NCBI GenBank assembly: GCA_963758295.1
Contig: CAVWUU010000006.1
Span: 64,001 to 128,000 of the forward strand
Direction: 5' to 3'
Source of the DNA: Candidatus Eremiobacteria bacterium
GTDB lineage: Bacteria > Vulcanimicrobiota > Vulcanimicrobiia > Vulcanimicrobiales > Vulcanimicrobiaceae
DNA length: 64,000 nucleotides
In this document: one piece after another, positions 9,224 to 19,091 of the stretch
Layout of the letters: the number at the start of each line of letters is the position of its first letter
Numbering within the stretch: position 1 is the first letter of the stretch
Translations under genes and position numbers: made by a program
The notes under the pieces: model-generated
Seen by the model: only the letters and a program-made list of their open reading frames with translations
Told to the model about the DNA's origin: nothing
The model's database searches: none

Positions 9224-10218
9224 TAGAACTTCACCAACTCTCGCATTGCATCGGCCATTTTGGCGGGCGACGACATGTATTCGTGTTCGAGCGGCTCCGC
9301 GTAGCCCATGGCCGGGACGTCGGGCGCGCAGAGACGGCGAATCGGCGCATCGAGATTGAAGAGAGCTTCCTCAGCCACCATTGCCGAAATCTCGGCGCCG
9401 ATGCCGCCGAACTTGTTATCTTCGTGAATGATCAACAGCTTGCGCGTCTTTTCTACGCTCGTCAGAATCGTTTCGCGATCCATCGGACGGATCGAACGCA
9501 GGTCGATGACTTCCACCGAGAGCCCTTCTTGTTCGAGCTGCTGCGCCGCGTCGAGCGCCCAGTGTACGTAGAGGCCGTAGGAAACGACGGTGAGCTGCGT
9601 GCCGGGCTTCTTCACGTCCGCCTTGCCGATCGGAATCGTGTAGTGACCCTCGGGCACTTCGCCCTTGATTAGGCGGTACGTCTTCTTGTGTTCAAGGAAC
9701 AACACCGGATCCGGATCGTCGATTGCCGCATTGAGCAAGCCTTTAACGTCGGCAGGGAATGCCGGCGCTACGATCTTCAGGCCCGGAACGTGATAGAACA
9801 GCGCTTCGATCGAAACCGAGTGTGAGAGTGCACCGCGGACGCCGCCGCCGTACGGCGTGCGAATCACAAGCGGACACGTGTACTCGCCGTTGGAGCGATA
9901 GCGCGTCTTCGCGGCTTCGCCGACGATCTGGTTGAACGCGGGATAGATGAAGTCGGCGAATTGGATTTCTGCGATGGGACGAAGGCCTTCCATCGCCATG
10001 CCGACGGCAATGCCGATGATCGACGCTTCGGCGATCGGCGTGTCGATCACGCGCTGGGCACCGAATTCGTTGATGAAGTCTTTCGTGATGAGGAACACGT
10101 TGCCGCGTGCGCCGACGTCTTCACCCAAAATGACGGTGCGATCGTCGCTCTTCATCGCTTCGTACAACGTCTCACGCACGGCTTCGACGTTGTTCAGTAC
10201 TTTGGACGACGTGCTCAC
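9223..10218 (-). CDS. bkdAB: 2-oxoacid dehydrogenase E1 beta subunit
   Basis: LGEDVG, DTPIAE, EIQFADF, HSVSIEA, DPVLFLEHK, IDLRSIRP; GTG start overlapping the E1-alpha TGA (alternative 10224). Confidence 0.9.
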   Translation of the reverse strand: MSTSSKVLNNVEAVRETLYEAMKSDDRTVILGEDVGARGNVFLITKDFINEFGAQRVIDTPIAEASIIGIAVGMAMEGLRPIAEIQFADFIYPAFNQIVGEAAKTRYRSNGEYTCPLVIRTPYGGGVRGALSHSVSIEALFYHVPGLKIVAPAFPADVKGLLNAAIDDPDPVLFLEHKKTYRLIKGEVPEGHYTIPIGKADVKKPGTQLTVVSYGLYVHWALDAAQQLEQEGLSVEVIDLRSIRPMDRETILTSVEKTRKLLIIHEDNKFGGIGAEISAMVAEEALFNLDAPIRRLCAPDVPAMGYAEPLEHEYMSSPAKMADAMRELVKF

Positions 10219-11240
10219 TGCCACGGCTGCCAGGCTCCTTCGTAGAGGTGCGTATAGAGATCCGACGCTTGCGGATACGGCATCGACTCGGCCTTGTCGG
10301 TCGCTTCGTTCGTCTCGCGCAGCACGTCTTTTTTCATCGCTTCTGAATCTTTTTCGCTCATCACGCCCGCATCGATGAGTTTGCGCTCGAAGTTCGGAAC
10401 CGGATCTTCCTTGCGCTGTTCGAGCACGACTTCTTTCGTGCGGTACGTCATGTCGTTGTCGTCGGTCGAATGCGCGAGAAAACGGTAGCACGTGCCCTCG
10501 ATGAGCGACGGTCCGCCGCCGGTGCGGGCGCGATCCAAGGCTTCTTTGACGTTGGCATACGTTTCAATCGGATCGACGCCGTTGAAGCGCTTGCCCGGCA
10601 TGCCGTAGCCGGCGGCCCGCTTCCAGACTTCCGGTTGCGCCATTTGTTTTTCGATGGGCGTGGAGATGGCCCAGCCGTTGTTCTCGACCAGCATCACGAA
10701 CGGCAGCTTGTGAATCGCCGCGAAGTTCATCGCTTCGTGCCACTCGCCCTCAGAAGTCGTACCTTCGCCGCACGTGGCAAGGACCGCGCGTCCTTTTTCG
10801 CCGCGATACTTCATCGCATACGCTGCGCCGACTGCGTGCGGAATGTGCGCCGCAAGAATCGACGAGAACGACATAAGACCCGCTGCTTTGGACGAGTAGT
10901 GGTTCGGAAACTGGCGTCCGCCGTTATGATCCGCTTCGCGCGCGAAAATCGATAGCATGATCTCGTATGGAGAGAGACCGATGCCGAGCGCGAGCCCGAG
11001 ATCGCGATAGTACGGCGCGAGAATATCTTTGCCGCGCTCGAACGCCATTGCGGCGCCGGCCTGCAGCGCTTCGTGGCCCTCGCTGCCCAGCGCAAAGGGA
11101 ACTTTGCCTTGACGATTCAGCTGGAATCCGCGGTTGTCGAGCTGACGCTGCAACAACATGTTGCGGAACATCTGCCGCAACTGCTCCTCGGTGAGGCCAC
11201 GGCGATCCAGGGTCTTGGCCTTCGTGTCGGTTTTAGCCAT
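10215..11240 (-). CDS. bkdAA: Branched-chain 2-oxoacid dehydrogenase E1 alpha subunit (copy 2)
   Basis: YYRD, TPP motif GEG...ENN (GEG as in Bacillus BkdAA), YRFLAHSTDD. Confidence 0.88.
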   Translation of the reverse strand: MAKTDTKAKTLDRRGLTEEQLRQMFRNMLLQRQLDNRGFQLNRQGKVPFALGSEGHEALQAGAAMAFERGKDILAPYYRDLGLALGIGLSPYEIMLSIFAREADHNGGRQFPNHYSSKAAGLMSFSSILAAHIPHAVGAAYAMKYRGEKGRAVLATCGEGTTSEGEWHEAMNFAAIHKLPFVMLVENNGWAISTPIEKQMAQPEVWKRAAGYGMPGKRFNGVDPIETYANVKEALDRARTGGGPSLIEGTCYRFLAHSTDDNDMTYRTKEVVLEQRKEDPVPNFERKLIDAGVMSEKDSEAMKKDVLRETNEATDKAESMPYPQASDLYTHLYEGAWQPWQ

Positions 11241-11333
11241 CTAGCCCTCGTGTCACACTATGAAGCGCTTCCGGCACACACCGGAAACGCTCCTTGAAGT
11301 TTCCTAATTCTTCCTTATCTTACCCGGGTCGGG

Positions 11334-12350
11334 CTACTGCCAAGGTTGCCAGCCGTCCGCATAGACCTCTTTATAGAGGTCCTCGGGCGCCGGGTAAGGC
11401 ATGGCCTCGGCCCGGTCGGTGGCTTCGTTCGCCTCGGCAAGCACGGAACGCTTCAAATCTTCCAAGCCTTGCGCCGTGAGCACGCCGTGTTCGACCAGAA
11501 GCCGCTCGAACATGGGGACAGGGTCTTCCTTTCGGCGCTCCTCGACTTCCTCGCGCGAACGGTACGTGCGGTCGTCGTCGTCGGTCGTGTGGGAAAGGAA
11601 CCGGTAGCATTTTGCTTCCACGAGCGTTGGGCCGCCGCCGGTGCGCGCGCGCTCCATGGCTTCGTTCACTGCCGCATAGCATGCGACGGGGTCCATGCCG
11701 TTGACGACCGCGCCCGGCATGCCGTAGCCGGCGGCACGTTCGTAGACGTTGGTGTTTGCCATCTGCTGGCGAATCGGAGTGGAAATGGCCCACTCGTTGT
11801 TCTCGCACAGAAACACGATCGGCAATTTGTGAACGCTCGCGAAATTCAAGGACTCGTGCCACTCGCCTTCGCTGGTGGCGCCTTCGCCGAACGTGACGAG
11901 CACGGCGCGTCCGGCTTGGCCGCGGTACTTCATGGCATAGGCCGCCCCGACCGCATGCGGAATTTGCGCGGCGAGGATCGAGCTGATGCTGTAGAGGCCG
12001 AGTTTTTTACTCGCATAGTGATGCGGGAACTGACGGCCGCCCGAGTGATCGGCGGCGCGCGCAAAGAGCGAGAGCAGCACTTCCTCCGGCGAAAGCCCGA
12101 TGCCGAGATCCAGCCCTAAGTCGCGATAGTAAGGAACGAGCAAATCTTTCCCGCGATGGAACGCCATTGCCGCACCCGCTTGAACCGCCTCGTGCCCTTC
12201 ACTCGCCGATGCGAACGGAATCTTGCCTTGACGGTTGAGCTGGAACCCGCGGTTTTCCAGCGTGCGCTGCATCACCATCGTGCGCAGCATTGCGATGAGC
12301 TGGTCGTCGGCGAGTCCGTGACGCTCTAGAGCCGGTGCTTTGGTAGCCAC
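11334..12350 (-). CDS. bkdAA: Branched-chain 2-oxoacid dehydrogenase E1 alpha subunit (copy 1)
   Basis: Same motifs (FGEGATSEG...ENN, YRFLSHTTDDDD); GTG 12350 matches the paralog N-terminus (alternative ATG 12389). Confidence 0.88.
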   Translation of the reverse strand: MATKAPALERHGLADDQLIAMLRTMVMQRTLENRGFQLNRQGKIPFASASEGHEAVQAGAAMAFHRGKDLLVPYYRDLGLDLGIGLSPEEVLLSLFARAADHSGGRQFPHHYASKKLGLYSISSILAAQIPHAVGAAYAMKYRGQAGRAVLVTFGEGATSEGEWHESLNFASVHKLPIVFLCENNEWAISTPIRQQMANTNVYERAAGYGMPGAVVNGMDPVACYAAVNEAMERARTGGGPTLVEAKCYRFLSHTTDDDDRTYRSREEVEERRKEDPVPMFERLLVEHGVLTAQGLEDLKRSVLAEANEATDRAEAMPYPAPEDLYKEVYADGWQPWQ

Positions 12351-12717
12351 GCTCCGGTACTCCGCTGCACCCGGGGGATTTCCTTTCATGCGTTATTAAA
12401 AGAAACGGCGTCCTTATTGAAGCAAAAGCGGTTCGCCGCACCGGTTATGACGAGGTCGGCGATATAAATTCGCTCTTGAACGCCTATCCCGCATTCGTCG
12501 CCGGATTGGACTGCTTGGTAACGTGCCTGGAGCGTGACGCCGAACTCCGACGCGCAGCAACGTCTAAATCGACACCACTGGCGAGCGCCAAAGAACGAGC
12601 ACGACGTTGCACGTGCACGTGCCCTCGCGCAACCATGAAAAACTCTAGACCGGAAGCGGCCGCTCAGAAATTATCCGTATTCACGATAGCTTCATGGTTC
12701 TGCGCCATCAATCATTA

Positions 12718-13485
12718 ATGATCAACGACCCAAGATGGAATGGCTTGGAAGGCGCCGGCGGTAGAACGTGGGCCGAGCGCAGCCGGATGGGGCCGCTGCG
12801 CGGTGTAATCGATCCGGCCGACGCGGACGGGCGACGCAATCGCTACCTTCATGCGTTGCATCAGCACGTACTCGATCGTTCGATAAAATCGACGCGACGC
12901 CGGTTTGCTCGCGCGCTCGACTTTGGCTGTGGGACCGGACGCTTCTTACCGCTGCTCTCGAAATATGGAGAACGAGTTTATGGCGTCGATCGTACTCCCG
13001 AAATGGTGGAGGCGGCGCGAGCGTATAGCGGTTCCTTTGCCGAGGCCGTCTTGCATTGTCAAAGCCAACGATTGCCGTTTGCCGATGACTATTTCGATCT
13101 CGCGCTCAGCTTTTGCGTTCTTTCGGTGACGGCGCGCGAATTGTTTGAGCCCTGCCTCTCGGAGCTTGCGCGCGTGATCGAAGAGGACGGGCTCTTACTG
13201 CTCTACGAAAAAGTTTGCGATCAGGACGGCTTAACGCTAGAGTTTTACCGGCGGGCGCTCCAAAAGGCACGCTTCTCTTTAGTTTCGGCTTGCCCGGCAA
13301 GATCGAGCGGCTCAAGATTCACGGCACTTTCAAAGCGATGGGACCTTCAGTTTCTGCTGCCGTTACTGGCGGCGCTGGAATGTGCGTTGGGCCGGTATAG
13401 GGTAGCGCGTCACAACGCACCCTACGTAGAGTACCTGTTAGTCTGCGAAAAAAGAAAACGCCGCAACGTCCGCCTTTGCCGTTAA
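12718..13485 (+). CDS. Class I SAM-dependent methyltransferase
   Basis: ALDFGCGTG, GVD..PEMV, LPFADDYFD, ELARVI..DG; start 12718 or 12694. Confidence 0.85.
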   Translation: MINDPRWNGLEGAGGRTWAERSRMGPLRGVIDPADADGRRNRYLHALHQHVLDRSIKSTRRRFARALDFGCGTGRFLPLLSKYGERVYGVDRTPEMVEAARAYSGSFAEAVLHCQSQRLPFADDYFDLALSFCVLSVTARELFEPCLSELARVIEEDGLLLLYEKVCDQDGLTLEFYRRALQKARFSLVSACPARSSGSRFTALSKRWDLQFLLPLLAALECALGRYRVARHNAPYVEYLLVCEKRKRRNVRLCR

Positions 13486-13509
13486 TCCCCGCTTCTCTGA
13501 TGACAAGGC

Positions 13510-13547
13510 AAAGAAGAAGGGCGCAACGGAAGCCCGTTACGCCCTTC
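13510..13547 (-). terminator. Probable intrinsic terminator of the minus-strand lipoprotein gene
   Basis: gaagggcg.aacgg-aagc-ccgtt.cgcccttc hairpin; ttcttt follows on the minus strand. Confidence 0.6.
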
Positions 13548-13566
13548 GCATCGAGGTGGTCGAAGG

Positions 13567-15645
13567 TTACCGATGCGCTTTGAACCGCATAAGGAGGCGC
13601 CGAATCTGCTGCGCACGTGTCTGACCCGCAAATGCGAACATTTGCGCTTGTGCAGCTCTGGATGCTTTCGCGAAGTCGTGAGTTGTCGCGAGCGCTGCTC
13701 GCAGAATTTGCGGCGTTAGCGAATAGGTCGACTGGTAGGTTTCCCATGAGTCGCTGCCGCCGCTGCCAAAGAGTGACGGAGCGAGCGCCATTGGCCCGTT
13801 TGCATAGTACGAAGTTGCGTTCTGCACCTCGCACACGACGCCGATACCGCTGGCAACGAACCATTGCGTGTTCGTCGTCGTATAGCCGCTAAGCGGGTCC
13901 AGATGGTAGAATGTCTCGTCCACTTCCGAGAACGTCGTTCCGGCCGGCGCAACGGAGCTTTCGACGTTGCAGGTCTCCGCTAACGTGGCGTTCCCCGTCT
14001 TCGCAGCAAATGTGTCTTTCTGGAGCGGCGACGGCACAGTGCCGTTCGGAACCCCGGCGCTGGCATACCAGTTCGGGATCGACGTCGCTTCAGGAGTCGG
14101 CGCATCCGTCGGAATCGGATTTGGGATCGACCCGGGGAAGCTTTGGACGGTAACAGGGATAGTGCTTGCGCCTGGGGCCGGCGTGCCGATCGTCGCGATT
14201 GTGGATCCGCTAGCACCGGGCGGGCAGATGCATCCGGATCCGCCGTTAGCGTAGTTATTCGCAGTCGCGGTTGCCGTGCCGTCGGAATTAGCTTTGTAAG
14301 TTATATTAAACGAAATCGGGAACGGCACCGTTTCCGAGATGCCGAAATTGAACGCGTAAGAGCCGTCCGAGTTCGTGACGTTCTTGCCCGCAATCGAGTC
14401 GCCTTGGCCGTCGGCAACGTTGATCGACGTCGTGCAGGGGCCCGTTCCCGTCAAAGAATCCCACGATCCCAGCGGGAGCTTCCAGGCGGTCTGATACGGT
14501 GACGCGCATGTTTGCGCAAGATTTGTGAGCCCGAAAATTTCATCCGAGCCGCTCGCGCCTACTCGCTGAAGTGTTTCCGCACCGCTGGCGTTAGCCCACT
14601 GGTAGTAGGTGGTTCCGCTCGTGTTGAAAAGGAACGATGCAAAGCTTTGCGCAGCCGGCGGTTGATCCGGCGAGAAGGTCGCTGAAACTGCGACCAAATT
14701 CGAGAGGCCGTTGAACGACTGACTCGTGGACGTTGTTACCGTCTCGCTGGCCGATTGCAAAGGACCTGGCGATGGCGTTTGCGTTACGTCGTAGCTCCAG
14801 TTATCCGCGTACGAAACGGTATACGCGGTAGTTCCATCCGTCGTCGGATAGGATGAATCCGGCAAGAACTTTCCGGAGGTTACCGCAGAGGCGGACACGC
14901 CGCTTGCCGTTGCGCCGATCATCGCGGCCTGAGTCATCGCGCCGCCCTTATAGGTCAGGGTAATTGCGGCGGCATCGCTCGAGTTGCGAGCGCTCGTCCC
15001 GGAAAGTTGCGTTTGATTGGAGGCGTCGGTCAGCGTAAGCGTAAGCGGGTTTGCATAGGTGCCGAGAATCGTGTTGCCCTGCGCGTCTTTCGCAATGACG
15101 ACAAGGTTCCCGGATCCCGCAACACCGACCGCGAGGTCAGGAGGCGAGATGCTAATGCTCGCAACCGTTCCGGTAAGGACCGTCGGCGCGGTCGTGTTTT
15201 GGCCGCCTGCCGCGTTCACGGAGACGTTGCCGGCACCCGTGGCCGTTCCTTGCGCATTCGGTAGTCCGAACATCTTCACGAGAAAAACGTCTGCGCCGGC
15301 GGTGCTGTTTACGGTGAATTGGCAGACGAGCTGGTTGCCCGCAGTGGTGCAGCCTGCAGCATCTGCTGCGATGTTCTGCGTAGTCGGCGTTCCGCCGGTA
15401 ACGGCGCCCCCATTTACCGACTGCAATTGGACGGACACGGACTGCGTGCCGAAAGGCGCAGCGATATTAGGTTTACGCGTGCTGCTCGAAGATGACGAAA
15501 CCGGCGCCGTCACCAAGAAAACCACGCCCGCGTTTCCGGACGGGCCCGGACTCGGAGCGATCACGTTGTACCCGCCGCTGCACGCCGTGGCCAAGGCCAA
15601 AGCAGAAACGGCGAAGCCTAGTGGAGCTATACGCTTCACGAACAC
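13567..15645 (-). CDS. Large Ser/Thr-rich lipoprotein of unknown function (paralog of 5663..7657)
   Basis: Lipobox ATAC; shared blocks GTQSV...SVNG, PNA.GT.TG.GN, NSDGSY, FPG.IP, EVDE, G.G.VC. Confidence 0.85.
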   Translation of the reverse strand: MFVKRIAPLGFAVSALALATACSGGYNVIAPSPGPSGNAGVVFLVTAPVSSSSSSTRKPNIAAPFGTQSVSVQLQSVNGGAVTGGTPTTQNIAADAAGCTTAGNQLVCQFTVNSTAGADVFLVKMFGLPNAQGTATGAGNVSVNAAGGQNTTAPTVLTGTVASISISPPDLAVGVAGSGNLVVIAKDAQGNTILGTYANPLTLTLTDASNQTQLSGTSARNSSDAAAITLTYKGGAMTQAAMIGATASGVSASAVTSGKFLPDSSYPTTDGTTAYTVSYADNWSYDVTQTPSPGPLQSASETVTTSTSQSFNGLSNLVAVSATFSPDQPPAAQSFASFLFNTSGTTYYQWANASGAETLQRVGASGSDEIFGLTNLAQTCASPYQTAWKLPLGSWDSLTGTGPCTTSINVADGQGDSIAGKNVTNSDGSYAFNFGISETVPFPISFNITYKANSDGTATATANNYANGGSGCICPPGASGSTIATIGTPAPGASTIPVTVQSFPGSIPNPIPTDAPTPEATSIPNWYASAGVPNGTVPSPLQKDTFAAKTGNATLAETCNVESSVAPAGTTFSEVDETFYHLDPLSGYTTTNTQWFVASGIGVVCEVQNATSYYANGPMALAPSLFGSGGSDSWETYQSTYSLTPQILRAALATTHDFAKASRAAQAQMFAFAGQTRAQQIRRLLMRFKAHR

Positions 15646-15803
15646 TTCCCCTTAGTTGATAGAGATATTAAGTTGTACGCTCGTTCTGCAAGCCAACGCG
15701 GCGCTTCACCTTGGGAGAAAATACCCATTAACCCATTTTTTACGCAGAGTTAGTCGTTAAGCGATTACGGGAAGCGCCAACGCATTCGGTGTATAGCGGC
15801 ACT

Positions 15804-16676
15804 ATGGTAAGTGTGGGTGTACGTCTTCTGTTAGGCGCGTTATTTATTATGTGTCTTTATTTTGCTGCGCCGTCGCGCGCAATGGCCGAAACGGAGTATT
15901 GTCCGGCTTTCGTTGTACAAACGCAGCTTCTGGATGTCCGCCCAGGAGGTAAATATACGCTGTTTGCCTATCGACTGCAGGCTGCGAGCGCGCGCGCCGT
16001 TTCCGGCGCCGTCGCGGTTAAAACGAGCACCGGTTGGTTTACGCTTCCGTTTTCAGACGTAAAGCTGACCGAACGTGACGAGCAGTGGCAATCGCCTACG
16101 ACGGTATTTAAGAGAAGAGCCTTTGTTTCGGCTCCGCTTTATGCGCGAATGCCGGAAGACGTCTCGGTCGTTGGGCAATTCGTTGAAGAAGCGGAAGCGT
16201 CCGGCGATTCAGTCTTTGGCTGGGATGCAAAGGGTCGAGTGCAATGCGCAGTGCCGACGGGGTTCATAACGCATAAAAGCTTTCCTAAGGACGGCCTTTC
16301 GCAGCAGAATCCCATCGACGAGCCTGGGCCGCCGGTTGCCGGTACGGCGATTGCGACAGCTTCCATAACGACAGCGCCGGGTGATGAGAGCTGCCCCATA
16401 CCGTTTGCCGATGCGACCGTCACTATGCCGATGCAGCCCCAATATCCGCGGGATCTTCAGGTTGATGGGGTAACCGGCACGACTTATGCGGCGGTCGCGA
16501 TAAACGCCGACGGTAAGCCGGACGACGTTTGGGTCTGGGGTACCTCGGCCTACGGGCCGATCGATCGTGAAACGCTCCGGGCGGCGCGACTGTCACGTTA
16601 TCGAAGCGAAACGTCGTTCTGTGCTCCCGCGCCTGGAATCTATTTGTTCCGCGCCGACTATCGGCCAGGCTACTAA
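15804..16676 (+). CDS. Secreted protein with C-terminal TonB-C-like domain
   Basis: Signal peptide (AMA); P.YP......GVTG...V.INADG....V....S....D...L.AA..S.Y pattern. Confidence 0.7.
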   Translation: MVSVGVRLLLGALFIMCLYFAAPSRAMAETEYCPAFVVQTQLLDVRPGGKYTLFAYRLQAASARAVSGAVAVKTSTGWFTLPFSDVKLTERDEQWQSPTTVFKRRAFVSAPLYARMPEDVSVVGQFVEEAEASGDSVFGWDAKGRVQCAVPTGFITHKSFPKDGLSQQNPIDEPGPPVAGTAIATASITTAPGDESCPIPFADATVTMPMQPQYPRDLQVDGVTGTTYAAVAINADGKPDDVWVWGTSAYGPIDRETLRAARLSRYRSETSFCAPAPGIYLFRADYRPGY

Positions 16677-16689
16677 GGACCGCAATATC

Positions 16690-17472
16690 ATGCGCTACGT
16701 AAGTGCTCTTTTGATCGTTGCCGTTGCATTTGCCGGTGCCGTAAAGAGTCAACCCGCACAGGCCAGTAATTACTTTTGCGGCGCATCGGCTTTTGTTGCG
16801 CCCTGGAACGCCCAGCTGGATGTGCCGCTCGCATCTTCGCAGAGCGCCGACTACGGCATGTATCTCGCGGTGAAAGGAAAAGCCGACGTCGCGGCGCGGT
16901 TGACGCTCATCACCGATAGCGAGGCGTATGCGGTTAACGTGCCGCGTTTGGGGCTGCACGAAGCAAAAGGCAACACCGACGAGGTTTCGAGTCCCTTTCT
17001 GATTCGTTTTCCAAAAGCGCAGCGCGTGCGTTATGCTTTTGTCGACGCCGTCGGTATCGACGGTGCGGCCATTGAAGACTGTCCATCCGTCGTTGAAAGC
17101 GTCGAGAGCGAAACCGGACCGGATGCAAGCGGCGATCACCTTGGACCGAGCCCGTTTACGCTTCAGCCGAAACTGCTTCAACAGTTGCCGGAGCTTTCGT
17201 GCGGTGCGGTGTACAAGCCGCCACGGATGACGCGCGAATTAGGCGTAGAAACGAGTTTCTTCGGGAACACCACCCGGCACGCCACAGTGCGGATCTACCT
17301 TGACTCCGACGCGCGGGTTGTCGACGCGGAAATCGCAGAATCCAGCGGCGTCGAAGGGATCGATCAACTGGCGCTGACCGATGCACGCGGCTCGACGTAC
17401 GAGCCCGCTTCCTTTCTGTGCACGCCCGTCGTCAGCATCGAAGACTTCGACTTCAAATACGGGAACCACTAG
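16690..17472 (+). CDS. Secreted protein with C-terminal TonB-C-like domain
   Basis: Signal peptide (AQA); VRIYLDSDARVVDAEIAESSGVEGIDQLAL..A..S.YEPA. Confidence 0.75.
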   Translation: MRYVSALLIVAVAFAGAVKSQPAQASNYFCGASAFVAPWNAQLDVPLASSQSADYGMYLAVKGKADVAARLTLITDSEAYAVNVPRLGLHEAKGNTDEVSSPFLIRFPKAQRVRYAFVDAVGIDGAAIEDCPSVVESVESETGPDASGDHLGPSPFTLQPKLLQQLPELSCGAVYKPPRMTRELGVETSFFGNTTRHATVRIYLDSDARVVDAEIAESSGVEGIDQLALTDARGSTYEPASFLCTPVVSIEDFDFKYGNH

Positions 17473-17494
17473 AAAAAACGCCGTAAGGAGCGGC

Positions 17495-18658
17495 ATGGCC
17501 CAGCCGACGACTGAAGCAGCGCACGGAGAACTCGTCCGGTATCGACGACACTTTCACGCGCACCCGGAACTCTCGATGCAGGAGCACGAAACTGCGGCGT
17601 TCATCGAGCGCGAATTGCGTGAGTGCGACTTCGATGAAATCCGCACCGGCATCGGTCAAACCGGCATACTCGCAACGCTGAAGGGCGCGAAGCGCGGACC
17701 CGTTACGCTTTTACGCGCCGACATGGACGCCTTGCCCATGCAAGAAATAGCTGAGCCTGTCTACCGTTCGACGGTGGACGGGGTCATGCACTCATGCGGC
17801 CACGACGGGCACATGGCGATTCTCTTAACAGCGGCGCGGGCGCTCTCCGGAATGCGGGATGAGATCCCGGGAACGCTCGTCTTCTGCTTTCAGCCGGGCG
17901 AAGAAGGTTTCGCCGGCAATCAATTGATGATCGACGACGGCGCGCTCGAAAATCCACACGTCGATCGAACGTTCGCGTTGCATCTATATAGCGGGCTCGA
18001 AGTCGGAAAGATTGGTGTTCGCGACGGCGCGTTTTTTGCGTCGTCCGATCGCTTCGAACTGGTGCTAAACGGAAAAGGCGGTCACGGCGCCATGCCGCAC
18101 ACATCGCACGATCCGATCGTGGCAGCGGCGCAGCTCGTAACGATGTTTCAGACGATCTCGAGCCGCGAGATCGCTCCGAAGGATCCGGTCGTTGTCACGG
18201 TCGGCAAGCTTTCGTCGGGAACCACGTTCAACGTGATTCCGGATTCGGCTCAACTTCTCGGCACGGTTCGTGCATTGGACGAAGACGTGCGCCGTTCGAT
18301 GCCCGAGCGCATCGAAAGAATGACCGAAGGGCTCTGCGATGCGCTTCGACTCGATTATGAGTTCGAATATTTCTGGGCGTATCCGCCGACCATCAACGAT
18401 CCGGCAATGAACGCCGTCGTTCGCGAAGTGGGCAAGCACGTCGTCGGCGCGGAAAACGTCGTCTATCCGCACGATATCGTCATGTGGGCCGAAGATATGG
18501 CGTTCATGCAGCAGCAACGCCCGGGTGCGTACTTCATCGTCGGCGTGCAGGGCGAAAAGCTCGGCATCGAGCCGCAGCACAGCGCGCGGTACGATATCGA
18601 CGAACGCGCTTTAGATGTCGCCCTGCGCATGATGATGGGCCTAGCACTGCATGGTTAG
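17495..18658 (+). CDS. M20D family amidohydrolase
   Basis: RRHFHAHPELS, LRADMDALP, MHSCGHDGH, FQPGEEG, GKGGHGA, AEDMA; AAGGAG RBS. Confidence 0.93.
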   Translation: MAQPTTEAAHGELVRYRRHFHAHPELSMQEHETAAFIERELRECDFDEIRTGIGQTGILATLKGAKRGPVTLLRADMDALPMQEIAEPVYRSTVDGVMHSCGHDGHMAILLTAARALSGMRDEIPGTLVFCFQPGEEGFAGNQLMIDDGALENPHVDRTFALHLYSGLEVGKIGVRDGAFFASSDRFELVLNGKGGHGAMPHTSHDPIVAAAQLVTMFQTISSREIAPKDPVVVTVGKLSSGTTFNVIPDSAQLLGTVRALDEDVRRSMPERIERMTEGLCDALRLDYEFEYFWAYPPTINDPAMNAVVREVGKHVVGAENVVYPHDIVMWAEDMAFMQQQRPGAYFIVGVQGEKLGIEPQHSARYDIDERALDVALRMMMGLALHG

Positions 18659-18661
18659 CGC

Positions 18662-19006
18662 TCAGACGTCTTCGCTTTCGGTAACGGCCATCACCCAGCG
18701 GATCGCCCGCGCGTACTGATCCATTTCGCGCAACGAGCGCTCGAGCGCGCGGAATGCACCAGCTTCCCGCAATTGGGCGCTCTTAGCGCGCTGTGCCCGC
18801 TTTCCGTAGGTAAGCGCAAGATCTAGTTGACGTTCGATCGTCGGCCATTCGTCTCGCAGCGCCTGTTCCGAGGCCTCGTTGAGGCGATCGATGACGGGAG
18901 GCGCCGGATAATCCGGCAGCTGCATGGCGCATTCCAGGCGCGTCAACGCATAATCGCTGCGCGCAGTGATGAAGGACCCGAGAAGCTGCACTAAGCGAAC
19001 GTCCAT
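18662..19006 (-). CDS. Hypothetical helical protein
   Basis: Fills the gap between flanking genes; GAGGA RBS before ATG 19006. Confidence 0.65.
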   Translation of the reverse strand: MDVRLVQLLGSFITARSDYALTRLECAMQLPDYPAPPVIDRLNEASEQALRDEWPTIERQLDLALTYGKRAQRAKSAQLREAGAFRALERSLREMDQYARAIRWVMAVTESEDV

Positions 19007-19091
19007 TCTATCCTCGCAGGTGACGGCCAAGACACCCGCCTACTTACTTCAACGATACTGCGAACGCAAACGATGCGAAAGGAGCGTCCGC

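Noticed and set aside
12476..12718. 80-aa TTG-started ORF in the divergent intergenic region
   Set aside because: No RBS or recognisable motif; probably promoter DNA
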